A stretch of DNA of 64,000 nucleotides, from contig CBDFJG010000001.1 in the NCBI GenBank assembly GCA_965248445.1, positions 448,001-512,000 on the forward strand, read 5' to 3'. Below, in pieces: positions 37,185 to 45,885 of this stretch (position 1 is the first letter of the stretch; each line of letters opens with the position of its first letter). The notes beneath the pieces are model-generated. The model ran no database searches. It was given only the letters and a program-made list of their open reading frames with translations, and was not told where the DNA came from. A program made the position numbers and the translations under genes. This DNA comes from Planctomycetota bacterium (GTDB taxonomy: Bacteria > Planctomycetota > JAJSAM01 > JAJVHW01).

Positions 37185-37688
37185 ATGAATCGCATCCTGG
37201 GCGGACTGTTCGAGACCGTGCACCTCGTGGGAATCGCGACGGTGTTCGGGGCTGCCATGCTCATCACGTGGCTGACGAGTCCGAGCCTCCTGCCCGAGTC
37301 GTTCGGTGTCGAGTCGGCGCTGCACACGGCGGGACGGATCGCGCCGCACTTCGTCTCTCCCGCGCGACTCATCGTCATCGCCGCGCTCGTGGCGGCCATC
37401 CTCGCCCCCTACTTGCGCGCGGACGGGCCGAAGACGGCTGCGTGGTTGCGCGTCGCCACCGTGGGGCTTGCACTGTTCCTGCTGTTCGTCGCCTGGAGCG
37501 ACGGCAAGGAGTGGGCCGAGACCGCGTCGGCAGCGAGTCTGGCCGGCAGCGACGTGGAGGCGCAGGCATCCGCCGCCGACGCCCTCGCCAAGCGCTCGGA
37601 CAAGCACGTCACGCCGTGGAACACTCTCGCCGCCGCGAGCGGGCTGAACCTCGTGATCTGCGCGTTCCAGATGTACCGCAAGAAGTAG
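37185..37688 (+). CDS. Hypothetical four-TM membrane protein
   Basis: 167-aa ORF with four hydrophobic segments, downstream of folE. Confidence 0.65.
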   Translation: MNRILGGLFETVHLVGIATVFGAAMLITWLTSPSLLPESFGVESALHTAGRIAPHFVSPARLIVIAALVAAILAPYLRADGPKTAAWLRVATVGLALFLLFVAWSDGKEWAETASAASLAGSDVEAQASAADALAKRSDKHVTPWNTLAAASGLNLVICAFQMYRKK

Positions 37689-37716
37689 CGGGCGTTCCGC
37701 CCGCTCGCGGGTCACT

Positions 37717-38061
37717 CGGATCGCGGAGCGATCCGCGCGCCACGCGGCGGTCGGATGTCTCCCTCCTACGCGGTCTCCGACCGCTACGGACGGCTGCGGT
37801 CACGGTGCTCGCTTCGCAAGCCCCGCGCCCTCGCGATTCGGACTCGCCGGTGCGGCTGTCAAGAAGTAGAAGGCGTTCCGGCCGCTACTCGCGCGCGAAC
37901 CGCGCGCATCCAGTAGGGGCGGGGTTCGCCTCGTTGCGTGAATCGCGAGGGCGCGCTGGTTGCGGAGCAAGCGGCGTGACCGTAGCCCTCCGTAGCGTCC
38001 GGAGGACGCGTAGGAGGGAGACATGCGCCCGAAGCGTGGCCGAGGATCGCCACGCGATCCG
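37717..38061. repeat. Pair of inverted ~124-bp structured repeats (REP/REPIN- or MITE-like)
   Basis: 37717-37840 and the reverse complement of 37939-38061 are about 80% identical by hand alignment and share internal hairpins. Confidence 0.85.
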
Positions 38062-38084
38062 CAGGCGACGCGCACGGGCGTCAC

Positions 38085-39458
38085 TCACCGCTTCTTCGGC
38101 GTGCGCGTGCTCCCGGGCGACGTGTACCCGAGCCCCCGCAGAGCAGCGTCCACGTCGTCGTCGATCGCGCCCGGCGCGGCCTCCTCGCCCGGCACGGACA
38201 GCCATGCGCGCATGGTGTCCATCGCCGTGACGACGTCTTCCGGCGTTCCGGCTGCGACGTTGCGCTCGTCCGCGGCGGGCCACCACGTGACGTCGATTGG
38301 GCCTGTGTAGTAACGCAGCTTCCAGCGCACGTCGATGCCGGTCTGGTCGCCGACGATCTCCCTGCGGCGGCCCTCGGCGACGAACGGTAACGGAGCACGG
38401 CCCGGCGTGACGGACCGGCCCTGCAAGACCAACCGCATGTCCCCGCCCTCCGCGTCCGGGAGCGGCGGGAGGCCGGCAAGAGCGGCGACCGTCGGGGCCA
38501 GATCGAGATTGCGTATGCGGCGACGAGACCACCCGCGCGAGACACCCGGGCCAGCGAACACCATCGGAATCTGCAGCGCCGGGTCGTGCAGCAGGTTTCC
38601 GTGACGGAACCAGTAGCGGTCCTCGCCGTGCGCCTCGCCGTGATCCGCGTGCAGCGCGACGACCGTGTTCTCGAGGTCGAGGCGCGCGAATAGGCGCGCC
38701 AGTTGGTCGTCGGCGTATCGCAGCTCGCGGTCGTACGCGTCCGCGTACTCCTGCGGAGTCGTGAGTCCCGGCACGCGCAGGTACTTCGGGATCTTGTCCG
38801 CGCCGGGCCACGTGGAGAGGTCCACCGATTCGGGCAGCACCGGGTTGCTCGCGTCGAGTTCCGGAGTCGGCTCCGGAGCGGAGTAGGGGCCGTGCGGGTC
38901 GTACAGATGCACCCAGAGCAGGAACGGGCGTCCATCGTCGTCGTCGAGCCAGGTGAGCGCGCGGTCGATCGTGTTGCGCGCCACGCGCTGGGCGTTCGGG
39001 TGACCGAAGCAGGGGTCCGTCATCTCGTCGTCGTACGTCTCGAATCCGGGCGCGAGGCCCGAGACGTCGCGGCGCAAGAGCACCGTCGAGACGAATCCGC
39101 CGGTCCTGTAGCCGGCATCGCGCGCTACCTGCGCGATCGTCGGCACGCCCGCGGCCAGTGGTTCGGCGTTCCCGCGCACCGTCGTGATGGGGGCGCGGCG
39201 CGAGGTGAGCGAAGACGCGATCGACGGGCAGGTGTTCGGGGCCTGCGACCAGGCGTTTAGGCAGTAGAACCCCTGCGCCGCAAGCGCATCGATCGCCGGG
39301 GTCGTGGGACGCGAGTAGCCGTACAGCGACAGGCGGTCCCTGCGCGTCGTGTCGAGGGTCACGATCACGACGTTGCGCGGCGGCTCCGAACAGGCCGCGA
39401 GCCCAAGGCCCGCTGCGATCAAGACAGGGAGCAGGCTGATCAGGCTCGGTCGCCGCAC
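38085..39458 (-). CDS. Sulfatase-like/alkaline phosphatase superfamily lipoprotein
   Basis: Lipobox LAAC; NVVIVTLDTTRRD, TCPSIAS, FLLWVHLYDPHGPY, ADHGE and HG. Confidence 0.85.
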   Translation of the reverse strand: MRRPSLISLLPVLIAAGLGLAACSEPPRNVVIVTLDTTRRDRLSLYGYSRPTTPAIDALAAQGFYCLNAWSQAPNTCPSIASSLTSRRAPITTVRGNAEPLAAGVPTIAQVARDAGYRTGGFVSTVLLRRDVSGLAPGFETYDDEMTDPCFGHPNAQRVARNTIDRALTWLDDDDGRPFLLWVHLYDPHGPYSAPEPTPELDASNPVLPESVDLSTWPGADKIPKYLRVPGLTTPQEYADAYDRELRYADDQLARLFARLDLENTVVALHADHGEAHGEDRYWFRHGNLLHDPALQIPMVFAGPGVSRGWSRRRIRNLDLAPTVAALAGLPPLPDAEGGDMRLVLQGRSVTPGRAPLPFVAEGRRREIVGDQTGIDVRWKLRYYTGPIDVTWWPAADERNVAAGTPEDVVTAMDTMRAWLSVPGEEAAPGAIDDDVDAALRGLGYTSPGSTRTPKKR

Positions 39459-39610
39459 GACCCGAGCCTACCGGGTCACCCGGGAATCAGTTGGGGCCCC
39501 CCGCGAGCGCTCCGGCCGGCGGCGCGCGAGTCCAGTTGCCGGTCCGGGGCTTCTACTCACGTTGGAGGGGGCCCGTGAACCACTTCGCAACGGGCGGGCC
39601 AGTCCCGGCG
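39430..39610 (-). ncRNA. ssrS: Probable 6S RNA (boundaries approximate)
   Basis: About 180-nt rod: CGUUGCG pairs with UGCGGCG and CACGGGCC with GGCUCGGG; central bubble with a 3'-side hairpin CCGGG-UGA-CCCGG; GC-rich apical stem. Confidence 0.5.
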
Positions 39611-39702
39611 CGCTCAATTCGTGCCTGGCGGTGTGTCGAGGCGGGATCAGGGTGTTACGGCCGCGCCCCGCCCGTGTCACCGGCAGGGGTCACCGGCGGG
39701 AG

Positions 39703-40515
39703 TCACCGGAACGTGAGTCGATACCGCCCCGCCTCCGTCAGACCGGCCCGCACGTAGCAGCGGCGTGCCGGAGTATTGGTCTCGGCGACGTGCAGGGTGA
39801 CGCGCGGTGATTCCTCGAGCGCGAGGTGGCAAAGGGCTGCGGTCGCAGCGGTCGAGATGCCGCAGCCACGGTGCGACGGCACGGTGAAGATCCCACCGAG
39901 CCCCGCGCCCGCTGAACCCAGGAAGTTGAACGCGCCGGTCCACACGATCTCGCCCTGGTCCTCGACCACGTAGAGCACGCCCTTCTCGATGCGGCGTCGC
40001 ACGTAACCGTCCACCCAGCGCGCGTTCTCCTCCCCGGGGGTTGCGAGTCCGTCCTCGTAGCGGTACTGCGCCACGATCGGGCCGAGGGCCGGCCGATCCG
40101 CCATGGTCGCGGGGCGGATCGACGGGTGGGCGGGAGCCAGGTCGGCGGCGTCGTGCACCGCCATCAAGATCTGCGCGCGGTCCACGCGCGGTTCGGTCGC
40201 GAGCGCCAACCACCTCACGATGCACGCGCACGGCTGCTGCGGTCCGATCACGCTGCGCCACTCGACGCGCGTGGCGATGGCGCGCCCGAGCGCGTTCGCG
40301 CTGCGGTCCGTCGTGCAAGCGGCAGCCGCGATCGCCCCCGCGCGGACAACCACCAGTCCGGTCAGCACCCCGTCCTCGAACGCACCGAGGAAGTCGCGCA
40401 CACCGCGATCGAGAAGGCAGTGCGCCATCCACGTGTCGGCCGCACCGCCGCGCTCGAGCAGCGCCTCGACGTCGGCCCGTTCGCCGCGGCGGATGTTGCG
40501 GATCCGCAGACTCAC
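39703..40515 (-). CDS. GNAT family acetyltransferase (DUF4081-like)
   Basis: LGGIFTVPSHRGCGIS, VTLHV..NTPARRCY..G; GTG start overlaps the rluA-like stop. Confidence 0.8.
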   Translation of the reverse strand: MSLRIRNIRRGERADVEALLERGGAADTWMAHCLLDRGVRDFLGAFEDGVLTGLVVVRAGAIAAAACTTDRSANALGRAIATRVEWRSVIGPQQPCACIVRWLALATEPRVDRAQILMAVHDAADLAPAHPSIRPATMADRPALGPIVAQYRYEDGLATPGEENARWVDGYVRRRIEKGVLYVVEDQGEIVWTGAFNFLGSAGAGLGGIFTVPSHRGCGISTAATAALCHLALEESPRVTLHVAETNTPARRCYVRAGLTEAGRYRLTFR

Positions 40516-41522
40516 TGCAGGTCCTCTGGCAGCATCACCTCCGCCTCGGAGAGCGTGCGGAGGAGATCGGGCGGGAGCGGACTCGTCACGCGCAACTGCT
40601 CGCCGGACCGGGTCGGGTGATCGAGCTCGATGCGCCATGCGTGCAAGAACTGCCGCCACAGGCCGGCCCGGTCGCGGAAGCGCCCGTTCGTGCCACGATC
40701 GCCGTAGACGGGATCGCCCACGATCGGGAGCTTGGCGTGCCGAAGGTGCGCGCGAATCTGGTGCGTGCGGCCGGTGTGAGGTCGGGCCGCGACGAGGGAG
40801 AACGCGCCGTCCGCTGAACACGCGCGAACGCGGAACTCCGTCGTCGCCGACTTGGCGCCGCTTCCGCGCGACACGCGCACGTGGGCCCCTCGCCGTCCCG
40901 CCGCGGACTCGCGGAGCAGCGGCGCGTCGACGACGAACTCCTCGTGCTGGGGAGCCCCCACAACGAGTGCCAGGTAGTGCTTGGTGACGGTGCGCGCACG
41001 GAACGCCTCGGTGAGACCGCGCAACCCCGGAGCCGACCGGCCGGCGAGCACGAGACCGCTCGTGCCGCGGTCGAGGCGGTGCGCGATCGAGGCGCGGAAG
41101 GTGTGTGCGCCACCCGCGGGGGCGAGTTCGGCGACCAGTCGCTCGAGCGTCGGCTCGTCGGGGTTGTCACCCGACTGGGAGAGGAGCATCGGCGGCTTGT
41201 CGACCGCCAGGACGTCGTCGTCTCGATGCAGCACGACGAGTGCCTCGCGGCTCCGTGCCTCGGGGGCGGAGCGCGCCCCGGCTCGCCTCGCGCGCAGCGA
41301 CTCGAGCTGTGGCCCCGAGAGGCGCAACTCGACGACGTCTCCGTCGGCCAATCGCTGGTCGGGTCCCGACTTCCGGCCGTTCACCCGCGCCTTGCCTGTT
41401 CGGAGGAGCTTGAAGACGTGCCCGAGGGTGGCCGACGGCAGCAGTTTCCGGAGAAACCGATCCAGGCGCTGGCCGGCGTCGTCGCGGCCGATGGCGAACG
41501 TCGGGTGGGTCGAGTCATCCAT
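40512..41522 (-). CDS. RluA/RluC family pseudouridine synthase with an S4 domain
   Basis: GQRLDRFL, VDKP, HRLDRGTSG, TGRTHQIRAH, GDPVYG and LHA. Confidence 0.92.
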   Translation of the reverse strand: MDDSTHPTFAIGRDDAGQRLDRFLRKLLPSATLGHVFKLLRTGKARVNGRKSGPDQRLADGDVVELRLSGPQLESLRARRAGARSAPEARSREALVVLHRDDDVLAVDKPPMLLSQSGDNPDEPTLERLVAELAPAGGAHTFRASIAHRLDRGTSGLVLAGRSAPGLRGLTEAFRARTVTKHYLALVVGAPQHEEFVVDAPLLRESAAGRRGAHVRVSRGSGAKSATTEFRVRACSADGAFSLVAARPHTGRTHQIRAHLRHAKLPIVGDPVYGDRGTNGRFRDRAGLWRQFLHAWRIELDHPTRSGEQLRVTSPLPPDLLRTLSEAEVMLPEDLQ

Positions 41523-41568
41523 GCGGGCTTTGCGCTATCCTCCCCGCGGACGTGCGGAGGGCAGAACG

Positions 41569-42261
41569 ATGCCGAAGCTAGTGATCGAAACCGGCCGGAA
41601 GGCCGGGCGCGGCGTGCAGATCTCGAAGGCAGCGATCGTGGGCCGGGCCGAGTCCGCGGATCTGCGGATATCGGACGGCAAGGCGTCCCGAGAGCACTGC
41701 CGGGTCTTCCAGCAGGCGGGCGCATGGGTCGTGGTGGACCTGAACTCCCGCAACGGGATCCAGGTCAACGGCGTCAAGACCACACGCAAGAACTTGAACG
41801 ACGGCGACACGATCATGATCGGTGAGACCGTCATCGCGTTCCGCGGGGGCGGATCTCCGGCGGCAGCCACTCCGGACGTCGACGAGATCGACATCGGCGG
41901 AGGAGGAGGAGCCGCTGCGCCGGTCGTCAAGCCGACCCGTCCGGCGCAGCAGCCCTCCCGGCCCGCCGCGCGGAAGGGAGGCGGTGCAGCAGCAAAGGCG
42001 AAGGAAGCCGCCTTCGCTGCCGCGCGTGCGGACTCGCGGGCCGCCCGTCAGTCTGCGAGCGCCGCGCCGGCGAAGGGCATCGAGGTGCGCGACGACGTTC
42101 TGCAGTTCAGCAAGATCGACGCGAACAAGGCGTCGGTCTTCCAGACCGACCTGTCGCAGCACGGGGGGGCCGCGACGTGGATGATCTGGGCCGGGGGCCT
42201 CGGATTCGTGGCGCTCTTGATGTTCCTGATCATCAAGCTGCTCGGCGTCACTGCCGGATAG
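41569..42261 (+). CDS. FHA-domain protein with a C-terminal TM helix
   Basis: VGR..D..I.D..ASREH, DLNSRNG..VNG and LNDGD.I.IG. Confidence 0.88.
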   Translation: MPKLVIETGRKAGRGVQISKAAIVGRAESADLRISDGKASREHCRVFQQAGAWVVVDLNSRNGIQVNGVKTTRKNLNDGDTIMIGETVIAFRGGGSPAAATPDVDEIDIGGGGGAAAPVVKPTRPAQQPSRPAARKGGGAAAKAKEAAFAAARADSRAARQSASAAPAKGIEVRDDVLQFSKIDANKASVFQTDLSQHGGAATWMIWAGGLGFVALLMFLIIKLLGVTAG

Positions 42262-43297
42262 CGAGAGACCGTTCCGCCGCCGCAACCAGAGCCTCGGCGG
42301 CCGCGTCCCATGTGAACGACCTGGCGCGGGCGACCGTCCGTCGATCCGGCGCAGGCGCGTCTCCAGACGACGCCGCCAGCAGTGCGGCGGTCCACGCGTC
42401 GCGGTCGTTGCAATCGAGCAGCGCGACCCCGGCCCCGGCCACCTCCCGCACGGCGGCGCAGTCACCGGCCAGCACGGGCGCCCCGAGCGAGAGCGCCTCG
42501 AGCACCGTCATCCCGAACCCCTCGTAGCGGCTCGGGTGCACGACCGCGGTCGCGCCCCGCACGAGCCCGACGATCTCCCCGTCGGTCAGCACGCCGCGGC
42601 AATCCACGAGCCCGCGTGCGACCAGCGGGGGGTGGGCGCGCACGATCGCCTCAAATCGCTCGCGCTCTCGGCCCACGACCACCAGCGGGCGGACAGGGCC
42701 GCTCTCGGCCGCCGCCGAGAGAGCCGCGCAGAGCATGTCGAAGCCCTTGCGGGGGTCCGGAGGCCCGATCCACACGAACGGTCCGCCACCCTCCCAATCG
42801 CCGCCCTCGCACCACGGCCGGGAGAGTCCGTTCGGCACGACGGCGATGCGAGCTGGGTCCACGTCCAAGCGCTGCGTGCACTCGTCACCGACCGCCCGCG
42901 TCGGCGTGACCACGAGCGCGGCGCGCCGGGCGATCGGTCCCAGCAGCGAGTGCCGCGCGAGGCCCCGCACCGTGCGTCGCTCCGAACGGAGAGCGTGCGT
43001 CCGAAGGTCGTGCACGGTAACCGCCGTCGGGATCTGCCGGTGCACGGGGTGGTAGTCGGTGACCAACAGGTCGGCGCCGTCGGCCTCGCGCACTCCGATG
43101 TCCAGGCGTCCCGCGGGATCGGCGCCGAGTTCCGTCTCGATCGCCGCGCGCAGCCCGCTCCCGGTCTGCGGTGTGGCCTGCACCGACACACGAACGTCTC
43201 GCCGCAGCAGCGTAGCCACGATTCCGACCGCCCGGTTCCGGGCGCCGCTCGGGAGCTTGTCGTAGCGCGTCGCGTTGACGGCGACGTGCCGGATCAT
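42248..43297 (-). CDS. Glycosyltransferase family 4
   Basis: TVHDL, PNG, RKG and PSRYEGFGMTVLEA. Confidence 0.88.
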   Translation of the reverse strand: MIRHVAVNATRYDKLPSGARNRAVGIVATLLRRDVRVSVQATPQTGSGLRAAIETELGADPAGRLDIGVREADGADLLVTDYHPVHRQIPTAVTVHDLRTHALRSERRTVRGLARHSLLGPIARRAALVVTPTRAVGDECTQRLDVDPARIAVVPNGLSRPWCEGGDWEGGGPFVWIGPPDPRKGFDMLCAALSAAAESGPVRPLVVVGRERERFEAIVRAHPPLVARGLVDCRGVLTDGEIVGLVRGATAVVHPSRYEGFGMTVLEALSLGAPVLAGDCAAVREVAGAGVALLDCNDRDAWTAALLAASSGDAPAPDRRTVARARSFTWDAAAEALVAAAERSLAIRQ

Positions 43298-44400
43298 CGC
43301 GACTGCCAGGCCGATTGGGCCGCCTCGATCAGCACGCCGAGAAGCCGACCCGCGCTGCGCGTCCACGTGGCGGCCATCGCACGCTCGCGCCCCGCCGCGA
43401 TCAGCCGCTCGCGAAGCCCCATGTCCGTGGTCGCGCGCAGCAGTGCCACCGCGAACTCATCATCGTCGTCCGGTCCGGTCACCAAAGCCGCATCGCCGAC
43501 GACGTCGGGGAGGGCTCCCATTCCGCGCACGATGCTCGGGACCGCGCGGGCCATCGCCTCGAGGACCGGCAGCCCGAAGCCCTCGGCCACCGACGACACG
43601 GCGAGCGCCGCTGCGCCGTCGAACAGCGCCAAGAGCAACCCGTCGTTGACGTATCCGGCGTGATGCACACCCGGGGCCAGCCGACGGGGCACCGGACCGG
43701 GCCCGGCCAGCACGAGCGGCAGATCGCCGCCGCGCAGCCGGTAGCGCGCGTACGCCCGCAGCAGGAAGGGCAGGTCCTTGCGCGGACGATCCCCCCCGAC
43801 GTGCAGGAGATACGGCGCCGCGGGAACGTCGTGCAGGCGGCGCAGCCTCTCCGAGCCGGTCTCATCGCGCGGAAGCAGGAAGCACGCCGCCACGCCGTGC
43901 GGCACCACGCGCACGCGGGCCACGGCGTCGGGGGCGGCGTCGGCGATCTGGGAGCGCGTGTACTCGCTCGGCACCACGATCCGCGACGCGTCACGCGCCG
44001 CCATGCGCAGGCGCACGCGCTGCACGCGTTCGCGGACGGCTCCTTCGATGGCCGGTTGCACGAGCCACGGGAGTTCGTGGATCGTCGAGACCCGGGGGAC
44101 TCTCGTACGTACCGGGATCGCGCTGACGGGCGACCAGAGCACTTGCACACCATGGCTGCGCAGCGCGGGCGCCAGCCGGGTCTCGCGCCAGATCGCCAGC
44201 GGCTCGTGCCCGCCCAGCCCGACGCTCTGCACCGAGGGATGCGTGCCGCTCGGCGGCTCCAGCGCTTCCCGCGACAGCAGGACGACCTCGTCGCCCGTCC
44301 GCAGCACGCCCGGCAGAGCGCGCAACGACTCCCGTGCCGCCCGCTCGACGCCGGTCGGGCGGGGCAGTTCGAGAACGCTGACGTCAACGGCGATGCGCAC
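43294..44400 (-). CDS. Glycosyltransferase family 4
   Basis: TGVER, TIHEL, PHGV, PRKD and EGFGLPVLEAMA. Confidence 0.88.
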   Translation of the reverse strand: MRIAVDVSVLELPRPTGVERAARESLRALPGVLRTGDEVVLLSREALEPPSGTHPSVQSVGLGGHEPLAIWRETRLAPALRSHGVQVLWSPVSAIPVRTRVPRVSTIHELPWLVQPAIEGAVRERVQRVRLRMAARDASRIVVPSEYTRSQIADAAPDAVARVRVVPHGVAACFLLPRDETGSERLRRLHDVPAAPYLLHVGGDRPRKDLPFLLRAYARYRLRGGDLPLVLAGPGPVPRRLAPGVHHAGYVNDGLLLALFDGAAALAVSSVAEGFGLPVLEAMARAVPSIVRGMGALPDVVGDAALVTGPDDDDEFAVALLRATTDMGLRERLIAAGRERAMAATWTRSAGRLLGVLIEAAQSAWQSR

Positions 44401-44557
44401 AGTGGTCTGACGGTCCACGGTGGCGGGACCTACGTCAACTTCGGACCCCGGCCGCTCTGTCGTGTCGCCGGGCCTGGCGCCACGGCATCTGGCGAATGCC
44501 GCTACACTGCTGCGTCGGGAGACCGGGCTCGTCGGGGGCTCGCTGTGACTCCCTTGT

Positions 44558-44583
44558 TCGGCCACACTCCTCGGCCACACTCC
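44558..44583. repeat. 13-bp perfect tandem repeat TCGGCCACACTCC x2
   Basis: Read directly; lies in the divergent intergenic region 44401-44618. Confidence 0.8.
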
Positions 44584-44618
44584 CGCCTCAGGCCGTGCTC
44601 ACGCCCCGCGAGAACGTC

Positions 44619-45845
44619 ATGACCCATAACACCGCCGCCAGCAAGCGCACGCGTCTGATTGTGATGGCCGTGGCCTTCGCGGCCGTCGCCGCCGGGGTCG
44701 TCTGGAGCCTGCAAGAAGACGACGGCAAGGGGGACGAGCCGCTTGCGCCGGACGCGGCAGGCGGCGGCGACGGTGCCTTCGATCCCCCGGACCGGGGCGG
44801 AAAGACGCCGGGCAGCGCGCTCCCGGTCGGCAACGGGGGCGCGTCCGCCCCGCTCGCCGAACCGCTCCGCCGCCAGGTCGGACCGCCGCTGCCCGAGGGC
44901 ACCGAGGTGGACGTCACGGTCGAGTACAAGCAGGGCACGGAGACGCGCTACGAGATCACGCACACCATGCTGCAGGTCGAGCGCGAGTCGCAGCGCCAAA
45001 TGGCGCGGCAGAACGTCTACGGCATCACGACGCGCGTAACGCAAGGCGCGAAGAAGGGCAGCGCGGCACGCGTACGGCTGACGATCGACTGGATGGTGCG
45101 CAGGGCGATCCACCACGACGGCATGCAGTGGGAGTTCGACACGCGCCAACCGGATCAGCGTGTGCGCGACCATCCGAACTTCGCCCTCGAGATCGTACCG
45201 ATCATCGCGGTGGTGGACGTGCCGGTGGAATTTGTGATCTCAGCGACGGGCGCGCCGACCGCGGTGGACGGAGCCGAACGCTGGCGCGAACTCTGGATCG
45301 ACGCCGTCGAGTCACTCGATCCGGGGCTCTCGCGCAAGAGCGCAAACGAGTACGACGACGATCTCGTGCTTCTGCAGTGGAGCACGTGGCTGTTCCCCCC
45401 GCTGGGCGGAGGGCCGATGAAGCGGGGCGAGCCGCGCCGGATCGAGTTGCTCGAGGACTACGTCAACGCGCACTACGTCTCGCACCTCGGCCCCGCCGAC
45501 GCCACCCACGACGACGGGACGATCTTCCGGGTGCGGCTCTTGACGAAGGCGGGCAAGCGCGCGCGCAAGGGCGCCTCGCGCTCGCCCGCGGAGTCTGCCG
45601 TGGCGAAGGTCCACGTCCAGGGCGACGCGGACTCGGTTCACGCGGCGTGGCGCTTCGATCGCGAGGCCGGCCGGCTGGCCGACGCGGAGATCGAGGCCAA
45701 GTTCATGATGGTGACGTCCTACCGGGTCGGCACCGGAGCGGGCCCCGGCGCGATCGGCCCCGGCGGGGTCGGAGCGAACTTTCAGCCGGTCTACCTCGAC
45801 ATCCACCACCACACGCGGGTGGAACGAGTGGCCGACCCCAAGTAG
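44619..45845 (+). CDS. Hypothetical membrane-anchored protein
   Basis: N-terminal TM helix, a low-complexity linker and a beta-rich domain. Confidence 0.7.
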   Translation: MTHNTAASKRTRLIVMAVAFAAVAAGVVWSLQEDDGKGDEPLAPDAAGGGDGAFDPPDRGGKTPGSALPVGNGGASAPLAEPLRRQVGPPLPEGTEVDVTVEYKQGTETRYEITHTMLQVERESQRQMARQNVYGITTRVTQGAKKGSAARVRLTIDWMVRRAIHHDGMQWEFDTRQPDQRVRDHPNFALEIVPIIAVVDVPVEFVISATGAPTAVDGAERWRELWIDAVESLDPGLSRKSANEYDDDLVLLQWSTWLFPPLGGGPMKRGEPRRIELLEDYVNAHYVSHLGPADATHDDGTIFRVRLLTKAGKRARKGASRSPAESAVAKVHVQGDADSVHAAWRFDREAGRLADAEIEAKFMMVTSYRVGTGAGPGAIGPGGVGANFQPVYLDIHHHTRVERVADPK

Positions 45846-45885
45846 CGTTCCCCCGCCGGGCTGCCGGCTCGAACGGAGGAACCCC

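Noticed and set aside
37679..38061. Possible CRISPR array
   Set aside because: There are only two degenerate direct repeats and two inverted long repeats, with no regular repeat-spacer period and no cas genes.
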